Positions 25,701 through 40,606 of a stretch of DNA of 64,000 bases are shown here, in pieces. This stretch comes from Ginglymostoma cirratum. Lineage: Eukaryota. A program made the position numbers and the translations under genes. Within the stretch, counting starts at the first letter, position 1. Each line of letters opens with the position of its first letter. The notes below the pieces were generated by a model. That model was not told where the DNA came from and searched no databases. It worked only from the letters and a program-made list of their open reading frames with translations. The stretch lies in contig JAHRHZ010000062.1 in the NCBI GenBank assembly GCA_024137785.1, forward strand, positions 27,142,244 through 27,206,243, in the 5' to 3' direction.

Positions 25701-28700
25701 TTAAATCTTGCCACCCCTAGTCTGTAACTCTTGCCATTTTAGCGAATGAAGTTTGTGAAAGTTCGTACTTGAGCTTACCAAGACACAAGTTTATCAAAAA
25801 AAATGCCTTATATGCATAATTAATAAAATTCCATTAAATTCATGCTTACTTGCTTTACTGTATTTTCTTTTCATGCTCCTTTATGCAATTATTTGGGAAA
25901 TACTTCGGTTGTGGGAAGATTTTTGTTGCTTCAATATCTACCTTTGATTTTGAAGGGCTTCACTCCCAGCAACTCCCCAGCAAATAAAAAGGGGGACAAT
26001 AAAGGCTTACACGTGAGTTCCTCATGTCCCTACATAATTTTTCAGATCTTATCACATTGTAGTAAGGACAACTACCTTAGCTTGCTACGGTTTAGCTTTG
26101 TCACTTGGAGCAAATTTAGCACAGAATGCAATCGCGCTGCTTTTATTTATTTGCTCACCTCTAATTCCAAAAGCTAGCACATAAATATCAAGTACCATGT
26201 CAATCAACAAGGTGACGTATTGGTAAACTGGTCATATTGATCATGTGCCCTGTACCCTTATCTCTCTTTTAATTGAATATTGTTGCATGAATGGCCAGGA
26301 TTATCATATTAATGCATTTCCCAGAGTTTAATAATGAAGATCTTGCAAGATGTTGGTGTGAAAAACCTTTTGACTGTATTTTTCCTTTCCTCTGTACTAA
26401 AGTACCAAAAGCACACAATTAAACGAAACAGCTATCAGATTTTGTGAAAGTTTAGCCTTATATCTGTTATATAATAATGTTGGTTAGACTTACTATGCTA
26501 GATTCCTTAAACTATGCTATCTTCTTCCATATCTGTTTTCAGGTCCTGCAGATATGGTAGAAAGTGATCAGTCTGGTGGCTCCTTCCTGCCAGATCTGTT
26601 GCATTGTTATCCTCCAGGGACGTTGCCCTGGTATGCCAAGCAGGGTGGACTTCCTTGCACCCATTTCTTGCAGCAGAATCTCAATTTTGCCAGCCATCAA
26701 AAGAGTGTAAGTGCCACAGTACCAGTTGCCCACAGACTCGCTGTTGTGCCTCCACATTATGCTGTCTGTCCTTTCGACTTTTCTCCATCCGTCCTTTCCC
26801 TTACTCTTTATGCAATCTTAGAAAAGGTGGAAAAATGTTGTGACCACTTTGAGGTTTGAGCAAAGCTCTAATACCTTACTGCTCAACACAGACTGTTACT
26901 ACTTTTAATTGGTCACATCCCTTTGTGAAGGAACAAGGTCTAAATATATGGAATCCTAAATAGTTAAAATTATTTTGCAGTGAAAAGTACACGCAGGATA
27001 TAATTTTTGACAAAACCGACTTGCAAACACATCCCCCTTCTCGACAATGTGAATTTGCCAAGAGGAAATACACCCACTTACTCTGTAGTCTGTGCTATTA
27101 CACTAATAGATAATATACAATGTTCACCCTGATATGTAAAGCATTAATCAGATCCATGAATATTAGGCCCCCAAGTCCTACTATCTTGTTGGAAGCTATG
27201 CCTTGACTTAGCAAAATTGACCAATGTGAGCACTAACTAACTACAGTTTTAGAGAATAAATTGAAAATAACAACATTTCTTAGAAATTGAACAGGCTCCC
27301 TCATTAAAACAGATGGTCCTCCACCAAATATGGGAAAATAATTAGGGTGGTTTAGTATTGATCAAATGAGCATCTCTATGTGACCATTCATTTCAAAATC
27401 CCAAAGAAGATTCATTTTAAATACCTCAATTTAACTCAACTAGCATTAGATTTGTTTAGATTAATGGCATATTCATTCTGAAGCCAAAGTCTCGTACATT
27501 TCGGTATAAAGCTAATCTTTGATATTTGATATATATATTTATGTTATTTTAAAAATCTTATATCTGTAACAATTAAAGTTTAAACTTTGTTTTTGAAATT
27601 TATGTAGTTTTGCAATTTATGCATTTAATATAACCACCAATCTGCATAATTTTTTGCTATAATATGTTTGTGTATGGTAAAATATTAAATTTAGACTCAT
27701 GTATCAACTGCTCAGTAAACCCAACTCCTATTCCCATTGGGTGGGGAAGTATTTACTGAGAAGTTTCACCTGGACCCATACAATATCCAGGAAAATTACA
27801 ATCTGGTTAAAAACCTAATTGAGAATATGTCTATTAGGAATAAGGTAATAAGGTCAGCTGATTCTGGATGACTAGACCTAGTGAGCCAACTTATGCATCT
27901 TTGAGTCTGGCTGTTTCGAGCTGAATTTGAAGGGAGGGTTATTTGAGAGGTACACCAGATCTTATATAGCTCCAAGTGTGGATCAATGTTGTAATTTGCC
28001 GCACCTTTAATATATTCTCGACTCAGTAGCACTCCTTTAATACATTCTTGTAAAAGGCACAAGATGTGTAGAGAAAAAAAGAAAATTATCGAATTAGATG
28101 ATTTTGATTAATCTGATCAGGTCAGCTTCCAGTCCAGGTCTGCTAGTGTGCTTATGTGTATAGTAATGATAGAGCTATTGTAGTTACGCTTGTGGAATGG
28201 ACCCAAAAAGTAAAATATATATTGAAATTAAATCAGCAAGATAGGCATTGTATTTAAAATTATTTCCTAAGTCCGATTATAGTTATATGAATCATTAATT
28301 AGAGCCATGTCAATGAAGATACAAGTAGAAATCACTCCTTGCTCTTTGAGAAATTATAGACATGATGTTAACCTGCCCATGGTGGGAGTTGAGGATTGTA
28401 GTTGCGTTAACATCCACCACTTGCCTTGATGTGCTTGTGGCTGCTCTCATTTTATTAGCCAGGTTTTCGACAGTTCTGAGAATGCCTGCCGCATGCAGGG
28501 AAGAGTATTGTTAATATTTAAAAGACAAAAACCAATGACATTGTTTGGATCCAGATTTATTTTGCTGATTGTAATGGTGATATTCAGTATTAGGCCTGGC
28601 AATGTAAGCTGGCGGCACCTGGAACTGTAACAGAAAAGACCCAAGCAAGTTTCACTTTCTGACTCTAACACTGACCTGAATCCTAACCCTAAGAGGAGCA

Positions 28701-30595
28701 ATAAGTGGGAGGATTGACTCAATCTCTTTTCTTTCCATTGCTGAATTTTTTTCTTAACCTAGTAATACTAACAACAGCGTCATTGTTAGAGTCTGCAGTT
28801 TCTTTTATTTCTGTATTTTAAAATAAGGGCAATAAAATTCTGTGAAAATAAACATATACCAGATCCAGTGGACAAGGGCATAACCTGTCAGTGCCATTGT
28901 ACAGAATTCCTAATGCAAATCCAATATTAAAGAATTCCAGCTCCAACCATAAAATATTCTCCAGCTTTCCGGTTTAAATGTCAGGCTCTTTAAATATAAT
29001 TAGTCCTCTGTAAACTTCATCAGAAACCAGCAGCATAGTCTAGAAGTTGAATCAGATTATCCTCTCTGTTAAATCATTTCTATTGCTTTTTGTCTATATT
29101 GAATATTTGAATGAATACACTAGGTTGCAGGACAAAGATCTAAGCATTTCTCATACACTTGCTATACATTTTTGGTAAATATCAGTTTATGGCAAATCAT
29201 ATATTTATTAAAAGTCTGCTCTATCACCAGACGCTATTGCCTTCGCATGATTCCTAGGCAATGGGTCTGCATTGTAGAGCTTGTGCAATGGTACAGGATG
29301 GCTTAACATTAGGATGTGGGTCACTCCAGTGAAGGATTTTATTCAGGCTGTAAAGCTGAGCTCTTGGGTGTAATTGCTTGTTCATTCACTTATATCAGAA
29401 CTATCCCAGCACCTCAGAAAATAAAAGGACTCCAGATTTGCTTCTAGGCTGCTGCTTGAATAAGTCATTGTTCCAACTGGAAAATTTCAACACTGGCTTG
29501 TCCCTGTTGCGTGATATTACAATAACACACGGAATCTTATGACTCTGTCTGACAGTTGTGTTGTCAGCTGGCCACGGTATGATGGGTGAGGTTTGTGAAT
29601 GGCACACAATGGTTAGCAATCTCACGATGAGATTTCCAACAAATTCCAAAATGAAAATCACTTTCTTTCCACATATCTCTTGCCCTAACAGGGTGGGTTA
29701 TTCATCACATCATTGAAAAGCTTGAAACCTTGGAGGAAAGAGATAATCCAACTACAGGTAATTGGAGGCATTTGCACAGTTTGTGAACCAAAATGGATTT
29801 ACTTTTCTTCTGTTTTATCCCATCTTCCCTGAAGGCAGTGATTCATGCTATGAGATGGTTCCAAGGTCATTGGAAGTCTTCCAGTACATCACCCAAGTGG
29901 CTATTCTTTGTGTGACTGTAGAGATCAAGAAGTTGCATGAAATTTAATGGTAATGGACAATGTAGAAATGCCACAGGCTTGATAAAGCAGAAATGACCCA
30001 ACATTGCCCAGTTAGATTGGAACTTTGATGAGAACAGAGCCCTTGGCAGAAGTTCAAATAAAGACTCTTATCAGATCAGTGTAGACCCTTAGGCCAGTTG
30101 GAAACCACATGAAACCACAGAATCAAACAGGACCTGAGAGAAGCTTGGCCTGGGTTTCTATGTTGCATTTCATTGCAAACAAGACAAAGAGGACAGGGAA
30201 TACTGTAAACACCATGTTCCCATTGGTAGAAAAGGTGATCTGTAGAAATAGGAATGAAGAATGGCAAACCTGGCTGAGGCCAATTGGAGTATCTCTGGAG
30301 ACTCACTGAATGAGATCAAGATGTTCTGCATAAATTGGGAATTGAGCCTAAACTTCTCAGTGTTAGAAATTCCTTTGCAGGCTTCTTATTGATGAGTGTG
30401 TATACAAAAATTCCAACGCTATTGTAACAAAGATATTTAAAATAAATGAATTAAAGTCTTTGTTAAAATAGCAAAGACATAATTTGGGCAAATGAACAAA
30501 TACATTACCAGCTGTGTATAGACAACTTATACTTCCTGTTCTGAATGTTTCAGTGTTACTCTATTTGCTCACTAAGCTCTTCGGGGAACTCTATT

Positions 30596-30780
30596 GGTTG
30601 GTTCGATTCCTGCACCAGCTGAGGTTACCATGAAGGAATGTCCTTGTCAATCTCTCCCCTCAGCCAAGGTGTAGAAGCCACCATCAGTTGTTTCTCTTTC
30701 TCTCTCTATCTGTCTCTCTATCTTATGAGAGAGTAGCCTTATGGTGTAGTAAGACTATGATGACTTTACATTTACTTTTA
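30596..30780 (+). mobile_element. Short tRNA-derived SINE-like element
   Basis: B-box ggttcgattcc, internal (TC)n tract, tail gactatgatgactttacatttacttt. Confidence 0.5.
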
Positions 30781-33700
30781 TCCTGAATACTGCAAAGATC
30801 CCACATCTTAATCATCTGATCTTCTGGATTCAGAATTGCTGAGTTTTGTAAAAAAAAATGCCACCTCTCATATTCCAGATTGCTGTTCAACAACCCAAAT
30901 TAGACATTGTACTATGAGGGCATTGCTGAAGTTTGAATGGGACTTGGTTATAATATTTTCCACAGCTGAATGGGTTTCTGTTTAGCCTTCTACATGAAGA
31001 ATAACCAGCTGCTTATATGAACTACTGAAGGATTGCTAACAGCATTGGCCTACGGTCAGTTCCTGCAGCATGAGAGGAGCACGATGGGTGAGGGAATCAT
31101 CAGATAAATCGAATGGCCATCATGCAGCTTGCAAAGAATGGAACCAATCGGACTTTTTGTGTGTATTTGTTTTCACATAGCACTTAGGCTGCCATTTGTT
31201 CATGTCCTTCCTGTGTCCAATTTGCACAGTAATTTCACTAATTAGAATAGATGGATAGGGAATCCTAATAAAACAGTAATGTACAAGTACAAATTATCAC
31301 ACAGCAGTCTGTACTGCACAGGGTGTGCTGAAATCATTTCAGTTCTCTATTCTAAGTAGAACTAAGAGTGATTTGCTATCAGCGTCTATTTCCATGAGAT
31401 GGTAAAGATCTACTCATCACGCACAAGTCTGTGATGCTTTGGAACTCTGGATACTGTACCAGCCTAACTCAGTATCTTTTTGACTAAGTATGACACTGGA
31501 AAATGATGCAGTGATTTCAGCAAAGAAGGCATAATCTGGCAGGGCAGGTCATTGGAGCTACTCCCAGCTCTGCTCTAGCTGTGCACTTCAGTTTCAACAG
31601 TTTTGAACATCAAGGAAACCAGAATTTCAAACTTGTTGTAATGATTCACAGCAAATGTAGGGAGACAACTAGCAAATCCCTCTTCTTAAAGATGACGACC
31701 AGGAACACCATCATTTTTCAATTTACAAATGATGTATTTTGGAAAAGTGATTGGAATTTGAGGTGTAATTCAGATATGTTAGTGTTATACCCATTTTAGA
31801 ATGCATATCAAATTCTGGTAGATTTGGCTTCAGGCAGAAGATTGGCACAGGATGCTAACGATAGTGTAGTGGGTGCCAAAACTGCTGTCAATAATTTAGA
31901 CCAGGATTATACCTTGATTTCTTTTGAATTGGTAGAAGAGAAGGATCATGACAACTCAAACCAGGATTTGGTTGAGCCGACAGCTTTGAATACCCAGAAG
32001 CTTTGTGGAAAATATTAGTTTTGACTAAATTGATGAAAACGATATTTCCATAACTATAAAATGCAAAGAGTTCTGCAGTTTGTCTTTTAACAGTTTCATC
32101 TTTGATTCCCATGCTACTGTTATGGAGCGTTATGTCAGTATGATGAGGTCAAAAAGGAGTAGGAGGAAGAGTAAGTGAGAGTGCAGTACATGATATAGGT
32201 ACAGGGAATCAAATTAGAATTCAGCCCCTTAGGAATCTTATATATTTCAATATAATATCTTGCATTTTCATAAACTTCAATGAGTACATTGGTTACTTGT
32301 GTTAGATCCTGGATCTGAATGCACATTGATCAATCGAAGGTGAGACATGATGACATCAGTTTGGACCAGTCAGGTATTGCATGCTTTGAGTACTGTCTTT
32401 GAGAAATTCTTGAGAAATTCCAGTCTCTTGGAAAACACTTCCCACAATTTTCTCTAAATGATTCCCTTGAGACCAAGTGGCCAATGGTCAAAGTATCTGC
32501 CTTGGATGCTGTTGGGAAGTGATGATACATGTGTTCATAACACTCTCACCAATTTCAGGTAACACAATATTATGTTGAATTCTTTCCAACTATTGGGACT
32601 GAGGGAACAATGAATCTTACAGTCATCTCTAGCATCTGTGTCCATTCCTCTATCATGGTTTGCATTGTCTCTATGTTAGTGCGTTAATTTCAGGATCAAG
32701 CCACAGGATTCAGAACCAGGGTTTAACTTCTACAAAGCCTCTGCACCCTCTAATATATCCCACTGTCATTTCTGACTCCTTGATGTTAATAAGTGCATGC
32801 CACCCATATGAGGAGACTGCAAGTAAGGGTCAGGGAGCAAATAGTTGACATTATTTGCTCTGCCACAATTACTAAACTTATTCCAGACCTGCTGTCTTCA
32901 TGGCTTCTGCTATATTTTCTTCCTCCCATGTCTGTCAGTGCAATTCAGTTGCATGACATATTTGGATATAACATAGCAGAAGGTGCAATGATATAGTTTT
33001 CAGTCCAACTTAATTGACATGTGAACAATTGGAGATAAATATTCATAAAATTTTGGACTTTACTGTTGCCTAACGTGCTGTAAGTGGGCTGTGTGACTAT
33101 CGCTTCTCAGTTTATGCATCTATTTCTTACCATTTAATACTGCAGTGGAAACTTTAATTTCTTCACGTTTTAAACATGAAATAGGCATCCAGGATTGTTA
33201 TATAGTACTAACTATATGGAAGTTCATTGCAACGAGGCAGACGTATTAAGATATGTGTGCTTCTTGGCTGTGCTTGTTCTTTTTTTTTCCTGCTATTGGT
33301 TAGGTTTTCACACACTCCTTGTGTTGTTTTTCATTAGCACCACAACTGAATCCAGTGGACTTCTGAAAGAATATGTGTCCTTTTGATCTTTTAGGTAAAA
33401 GAAGAGGAGGACCAACGGAGAGTTGTCAGTTAGAGCTGGCTTTAATAGAGACATTCTTTCTCCGCCTCTTGGACCTGCACATCCTTACGTGCATACAGAG
33501 GTGCCTACCTTTCATCTTGGCAGAAAATTAGTTCAAATGACAGTTTCTATTTTGAGAGGAAGCTGGCACAGCATGCAGGCTGGCAGAAAGAAAATCTTTG
33601 AGTGTTTTACTACTGAGTGCTGGGTATTTTATCACATAGACCTGTTGGGATGAGTTTTATTATTGGTTTTCAGATCTCGATGATGGATTGAGAAACCTCC

Positions 33701-34751
33701 CTAATGTAGGTGAACTTCCCATTTGGACAGGGATAAATTCATCATTGCCAAAACGTTGGTGGTTTGGTAAAGCGGACATTAAGATGATCACTAAGTGTAA
33801 AAACTGCCTGCTTGAAAATATGCACTGGGAAGCTTCCCTGATTGTTGAATCGACTTGGGGAGCCTCCCTGTTATCTTGTCCAAGGTCCATCCACCTAGGG
33901 TCAGGTCAAATTCTGCGCATGCTAATCTCTAATGAGACTATTTGAAGGGGGCAATGTTGCGTTGTCAATCTGCCATTATCTAATTGCTCATATTTATCGA
34001 GATACCTGCAGCCAGAAGTAAACTCAACCATCTGCAATAGCTATGAGTTGCTGTCACTAGTAAACAGATACCATCTCCCATTAGTAACTGACACAGCTAA
34101 TGAATAGTCTATGGTTAATGTTGCCCTCCACTCCTCACAGCAATCTTCTGTAGCCTTTGACCAATTGTGTGAATACTGAGTTCCAGCTTACAGACTTATG
34201 CCTGCACCTTAGGCTCCTGTCAATTTCACTTTTGCCTGTTATGTCTTTACTTTCCCTTCTGCAAAGATTGTTAATAGTCAAATCAGCTTTTGTGGAAGGA
34301 TTTTCATGCCCCTATTTTGGTGCTTCTCGTTAAGTGTCTGCATCCCTATGGGATAAATTTAAGGACAGACAATAAATGTTGACCAGCCAGCAATGGCCCA
34401 CATCCCATGAGTGAATAATTTTTAAAAAAATTATCTGTGTGGAATCCTGGGTTGGGAGCTGATCAGTTGAAAGCACTAATCTGACCGCTGATGGTCCTGT
34501 CGTGAGGCCTAGTCCTTTTTAAAGACTGGTCCTCATTTATATTGAACTGGTAAACTGTGGCCAATAACCTGGAGCCCTTGGACAATGATCCAGCTCAGAC
34601 CTGAAAGAATATTGGCATCTAGGTGAAGGGAGAGTAGTTTTGCCAGATTGGCTGCAGCTGCAGCTCAAGCTAGCTTTACTACAGTTCTCCTTCAGCTATC
34701 ACAATTTGATCAACCAGTAATCTTAAATTGAAGATTAAATCTGTGATGTTG

Positions 34752-34880
34752 CACAAAAGCAAAATCCTGAAGATGATATAAATCTGAAGTAAAATTTTAA
34801 AATGCTGTGAAAGCACAGCAGGTCTGGCATCTGTGGAGAGAGAAACTGAGTTACTGTTTCAGACCTATGCCCGTCATCAG
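34752..34880 (-). mobile_element. Old PLE terminal-repeat fragment
   Basis: cagcaggtctggcatctgtggagagagaaactgagttac...catcaga, the same family as 3122 and 15248. Confidence 0.6.
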
Positions 34881-37359
34881 AAGCAACAAAGGCATCAAGA
34901 AAGTTTCGGCATTTTTAGTGGCTACAGCAGGTGATGAATTGTGTCAGTGGCTGTGATTGTGTATCTCAGAGTGCGTACTTAAGTCTTAAATAGCTTTGAC
35001 TGACTGGTTGTAATTCACTTGCTGTTGAGTTACACAGTGAATAGCACGGTCATGAGGACAGTTAAAGCCTCACCAATGTCACATATAGCAGGCCCTTAAT
35101 CTTTTTGGTTGAGCTGGAAGGCATTTGAAAATACGAGCTGCTGAACATCACCAGCTGGCCCGATGGACATTATTGTAACACAGCTAAAAGTAGTGAACTT
35201 GAAAGATGCTTTTCCTTCCTCAAATAATGCATAACAGATTAACCTTTGGCATTTACCACATATTCATATTATTTCATTTACTGTGAAAAGATGGTTATAC
35301 AAAGAAACCTACAGAAATGCCGGAGGCTTACAAAAAGAAGGAAAACCTCTGAGTGACTTACGTATTCTACAACTGTGCAGGAGACTATTGGCATTTTGTT
35401 ATTTGTAGGGCAAGTATGTGCAGTGGAGCTTATGATGATGCTAATATTCAAACCAAACAAAGAGCTGGAATAGCTCATGGACAAACCATTTTTTCCATCT
35501 GTTCAACAGTTCCTTCGGAAATGAAGGATTTACAGTGAATCATCCAGTCAGTTCCTTACTGTTTTATGAGGGATCACCCACTTCAGTTTGTTGCCAGTGC
35601 TGGCAAAGGTTCTCTTAGCACTAATGCTTTAACAAGCTGTAAAATTCACTGTGGCTCCTCTGGGATCGAATTTACCTGTATATTTTTCAGGTTTAGGCAA
35701 GTACCAGTTGTTTGGATTACTGACTGCAACCTTCTTTATTCTTTTGATGAAATGTTTAAAGAATGTTTGTTGATTTCCCAACAAGGGTATGTTAACATAT
35801 TCCATACTCTAAGCAGCATCTACCTTTAAGGATACTGGTACAATTCTCTCAGTGTTACCCCAAAACATCTAAATAAACTAATGCTAAATGTTTCTATTGA
35901 AGTTTACTATCAAAGGACCATGGTTGACCATTTCCACCATTTCAGACACTTATTTGGTGCCTTTACCAAAACCTTAATGGACTAGTTTCACCACTTGACA
36001 TGTCCTTGATTCTTATCCATGCCAGCTTCACCCTCTTGATGTGACGTTACTTCTCTTCCAACTTCCTTCAAGCTATTTCCAGATATTTCATTCTCCAATT
36101 TAGATTGGCATCTCAACCAGTAGCCTAAGGGTAATGCATATGTACAGAGCCAAATACTAAAAATGTAAAATCTCTCTTTATCACAGTATTCAATTGAGGT
36201 TTATCACTCTCATTAAATTCTTGCTTCATGTTTTATTTTCGAAACTTTCATAATGTGTTAGGTTTCACACAAGAGTGCAGGAAACTCTAACTCATTAGTA
36301 CTGTCCTATACTTGAAATTCAATCTTCACTTGAGCATTTTCTTAGAACTTCAAAACTACTGCAATGAATCAGAGACGTATTAAGAAGTTTGAAATCAGTT
36401 TCTGACTGTTCTGATTAAAGGGGCACTTTCATCAATAAAATAAAAAGTGGTAATCTTCTCCTCTGTATTGTCAAGCACTGTGACTGAAAGATGCAAATCA
36501 TGTCACAACGTATAATTGCACCACAAGAATGTAATCTGAATGATAATGAAAAATGCTGTATCAATAAACCGTCTCCCATGACACAAGGGTGATGCACCTT
36601 TAAACCGTAACATTTTAAGCCTGTCTTAACAATTTGACTGCTGAATGTATGTATTTTCATGCTATTGCTCCCGTGAAGTGAACAATTTGATGGGAGCTGC
36701 TTTAAATATGTTTGTATGGAGCTATGAAGTATCACATAGTGTTCTAGGTCAGTGGAATGAGAGATTCACACTGTCCTCTTTCCCCTCCTCCATTATGAAA
36801 GTAAGACAAATATCACGTGTCTGGCATCTCTTGTAAATATTTACTTTATGTTTTATAAGTTGTTGATCTGGGACAGTATGACCTGCTTTGTGCTATCACA
36901 AACAATATATTTAAAGCAGAACAACACTCCAATGGTGCAGTATCCCTGGAAATATGCTTTTAGCTTTCTTGTACATGAGTAGTTTAGTTTTAATTTTTTC
37001 TCACACTTTCCAACCATTTTGTCCATTATGCCTCCATGCATCCTGTTTCAAAGGATTTGTTTCAGCTGTTGTTTTCCAGCTGATGAAAATTTCAGTATTT
37101 CACCAAGTAGTAATTTATTGGGGTAATTTTAATCAAATCTGCTTGTTAGGAAGTTGACTGCCTGTTTTATATCCCCCTCTTCCCCACCAACCCATAACCA
37201 CTCTATGTCCTACAAATCTCCTTCCATCCATTCACCAACAAGCCAATGGATCACAAAATGGAGGCATACGTAAAATAAGAAATGAACAGATTCTGCCTCC
37301 TTTCTATCTGGCTGATTAGATAAGAAAGACAGAACAATTATTGTAAGCTCTTGCACATT

Positions 37360-37570
37360 CCCCTCCAAGGCATGCACCATACTGACGACTTGGAAATGGA
37401 CTAGTGTAGCTTGACTGTCACTGGGTCAAACTCCTGGAACTCTCCTCTTTAAGCACTCCATAGGTACATCTAGCCAAGATGGCTCACTGTGACCTCCTCA
37501 AGGTGAAGTTTAGTTTGGAAATAAATGGTGACCTTGCCAGCAATGCCCACATTTTGTGAACAAATGAAAA
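37360..37570 (+). mobile_element. LINE 3' fragment (family of 6678-7102)
   Basis: ttcccctccaagg...acttggaaat...actgtcactgggtcaaactcctggaactc...aaataaatggtgaccttgccagcaatgcccac. Confidence 0.6.
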
Positions 37571-38029
37571 GGTGACCCAGTTCCGTGGTGTTCGTACACA
37601 GGACATTGAACAACAATTAGAAATGAAACTTTCTTTCTATTCACAATCGTTCTGCATCTTTAATGCTAGCCTGCTTCTTGCCTGTACAAACCAGGGTTAG
37701 GAGTGTACACTTCTTACTTAAATCAAATTGTTGAGTAATATATTTGAATATAGTTTCTTGTTGTTTGATGTGGAATGCACACTGTCACCCTGTAGAAATA
37801 CATTTCACTTATCCAAGCTGAGGAAATTTAGCTGTTGAATGGCAAGAGGCAAGAGGTAGGGAATTTAAAGGGGTTAATGCTCAAGCTTAGTCAGTTAAAA
37901 CCATGCAATTTAACAGTAGTTTCTTGGCAAGCATTCCCACCGAATTGGCAAATATGAATGATGAAGTATTTATGGAACTCAAGTGATCCATGAATAAAGC
38001 AAGAATAACAATTTATGTAAATTTTCTTT

Positions 38030-38890
38030 ATTCATTCATAAGATGTGGGTTTTCTGGGTGGGCCAGCACTTATTGGACATCCCTAACTGCCATTGAGAAG
38101 ATGGTGAGCTGCCTTCTTGAACCACTGCAGTCCATTTAAGAATGTAAGAGATAGGAGCCAGGGAAAAGCCATCTATCTGGCCCCTCGAGCCTGTTCCACC
38201 ATTCAATAAGTTCAGGACCGATCTCTTTGTGGATTCAGCTCCACTTACCCGCCTGCTCACCATAACCCTTAATTAATTTACTGTTCAAAAATCTACCTAT
38301 CTTTAAAAAATTCAATGAGGTAGCCTCAACTACTTCATTGGGCAGGGAATTCCACAGGTTCACAACCCTTTGGGTGAAGAAGTTCCTCCTTAATTCAGTC
38401 CTAAATCTGATCACCATTATTTTGAGGCTATGCTCCATCATTTTAGTTTCACCTGCCAGTAGAAACAACCTCCCTGCTTCTATCTCATCTATTCCCTTCA
38501 TAATTTTGTATGTTTCTATAAGATCCCACCGCATTTTCCTAAGTTCCAATGAGTATAGTCCCAGTCTATTAAATCTCTCCTCGTAAGCCAACCCGCTCAA
38601 CTCTGAAATCAGCCTAGTGAACCTCCTCTGCACTCTTTCCAGTGCTAGTTATCATTTCTCTAGTATGGAGACCAAAACGGTAGACAGTACTCCAGGTGTG
38701 GCCTCACCAGCACCCTATACACCCTATTTGGTGTAGGTAGATGAACAATGTTGTTAGGGATGGCCGTTCCAGAATTTCGACCCAGCAACACTGGAGGAAT
38801 AGCAATAGATATTACAAGACTGGAAAATGAGTGACTTGGAGGAAAAAACTGCAAGTGCTGGTGTTGCCTGTATTTACTGTCCTTACCCAT
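38030..38890 (-). mobile_element. LINE 3' end (family of 6678-7102), interrupted by a CR1 insertion at ~38136-38720
   Basis: The host sequence gccttcttgaaccactgcagtccattt resumes at ...tttggtgtaggtag...gttagggatgg. Confidence 0.7.
38136..38720 (-). mobile_element. CR1 LINE 3' fragment
   Basis: ORF 38235-38633 QRRFTRLISELSGLAYEERFNRLGLYSLE...FFTQRVVNLWNSLP, preceded by YRVLVRPHLEYC. Confidence 0.92.
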
Positions 38891-40606
38891 GAGTTTAAAA
38901 GGGGCTGTCTAATGGGCCAGGTTAATAGTATATCAGGTAAAGCTTTACACATGAACTGCGAGACTGCAGGTACGTTATTTGACAGTAATTCGTATTAAGT
39001 AAAAAAAAAAGTAAAAATATTATGATCAGAGCACTGAAAAACAAGAGGAAAGCTTCCTCATTCACTGCACCTCCCCCCACTACCACTGGCCTCTTCAAGA
39101 GTTTTATGAATATTTGATTAAGAAATTTTTATTTGAAAATGAATAAGTTAAGCCCTCAAAGACTATAGCAGCTAGAAGGTTAATTTCAGGTTTGTCATAA
39201 ATCATAAATCACAGTGTGATGTCCACAGGCAAATGTTCACTTTAAACAGAGCAATGTCCTCACTAATAACTGACAGCTCAGAAATTCTTGCTCCAAATCC
39301 AAATGTTATTAATTTTCCAAATGTATAAATGTTTTACACACAACTTTGCCAGTAGGTTCCAAACACAAGCATTATTTTATAGCTTCAGACTCAATGCTAG
39401 GCAAGTCAATTTTAATTAAGGTACATGGAATAGTGGCTCATATTTCTGCATAACGTCCCCTGAAAAAGAAATCTAGCTCTCTCCCCACAAGTTTCGTTGT
39501 TTTTCCCTGCCATCCAGAAGGGTTAACTGCTTTGGAAAATATGGTTCCACACCCTGAACCATTATTAACATGTACGTTTTGAGAGTGAGCATTCAATTAT
39601 GTGACCATCACTGTGTGCGTGCAGTTACCCCCACTTGACATCCACATAAGTGCTCTTTCCAGCAGGTTGCTTGATTGTATTTAGAAACGGAAACTCTGTT
39701 AAACTATTCTCCCTCCCCAAGGTAGGACAGAAGGGCCAAATGCAATATCCCCCATATCCCCAACCACTGTTAATTGAATCTATGATCCTACCGATCACTT
39801 TGTCTTGATGATGCATTGTAAGTACTCTTTGAGCTAACAATAGAGCGCTCAATAAAATCTTAGAGTCAGATGAGTTGCTGTTTAATTCTGGTGTGTGATG
39901 TTGTATTCATGGCAATGATGGATTAAAACAGTTCATTGCAGATAATTATCTGTAATTCTGCCCTTTCTACCATCCATAAACACTGGCTAATGATGATTGA
40001 ACCTTGGGTACAATGGAGCAACAAAAACATTTGGTTCTTCCTTTTTTGTTCTATATTGCCAGTGACGGTCTAGTGGGATATTGTAAAGTCTTGAATGCAA
40101 TCCAAATGCAACTTTTTCCATGGGCTTGCCAGCTCTGAGCCAAGCTCTTTGAGGGACTGCATGGTATGCCGTGAAGACCTTGAGAAAATGTAAATACTGA
40201 CAAGGGATGAGCTATTGTTTTCATTCCACTCTTTTTTGGAGTTTTCAAGTTATTTGCAAGACATTCTTGTCTTCATTCTTCATTACTTTCCCAGTGTTTG
40301 GATATATTTCAACCCACAAAGCTGAAGTTTAACCCTTTCACCAAAGCAATGGAAGCACAAATGTCAATAGCTTTTTCAATAACTCTAATAGTAAGTTTAC
40401 TATATGCTGTGGTTTTGAGCCTCTCACAGCATTAGCGTCCCAGGTTTGATCCCTAGGCTGTGCTGAGTTTGCTGAAATTAGCCAGACGCCAACAGAAAGA
40501 GGGAAAAGAAATTCTGCTAAATTCAAGTACCACCTACTCTGGATGTGCGTAATAACATCTCTGAAGAGGTTGAGTAGATAGTTAAAAAGAGAAACAACCA
40601 ACATTC

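Noticed and set aside
31800-34260. Possible very old LINE relics
   Set aside because: Too decayed to confirm motifs or boundaries by eye.
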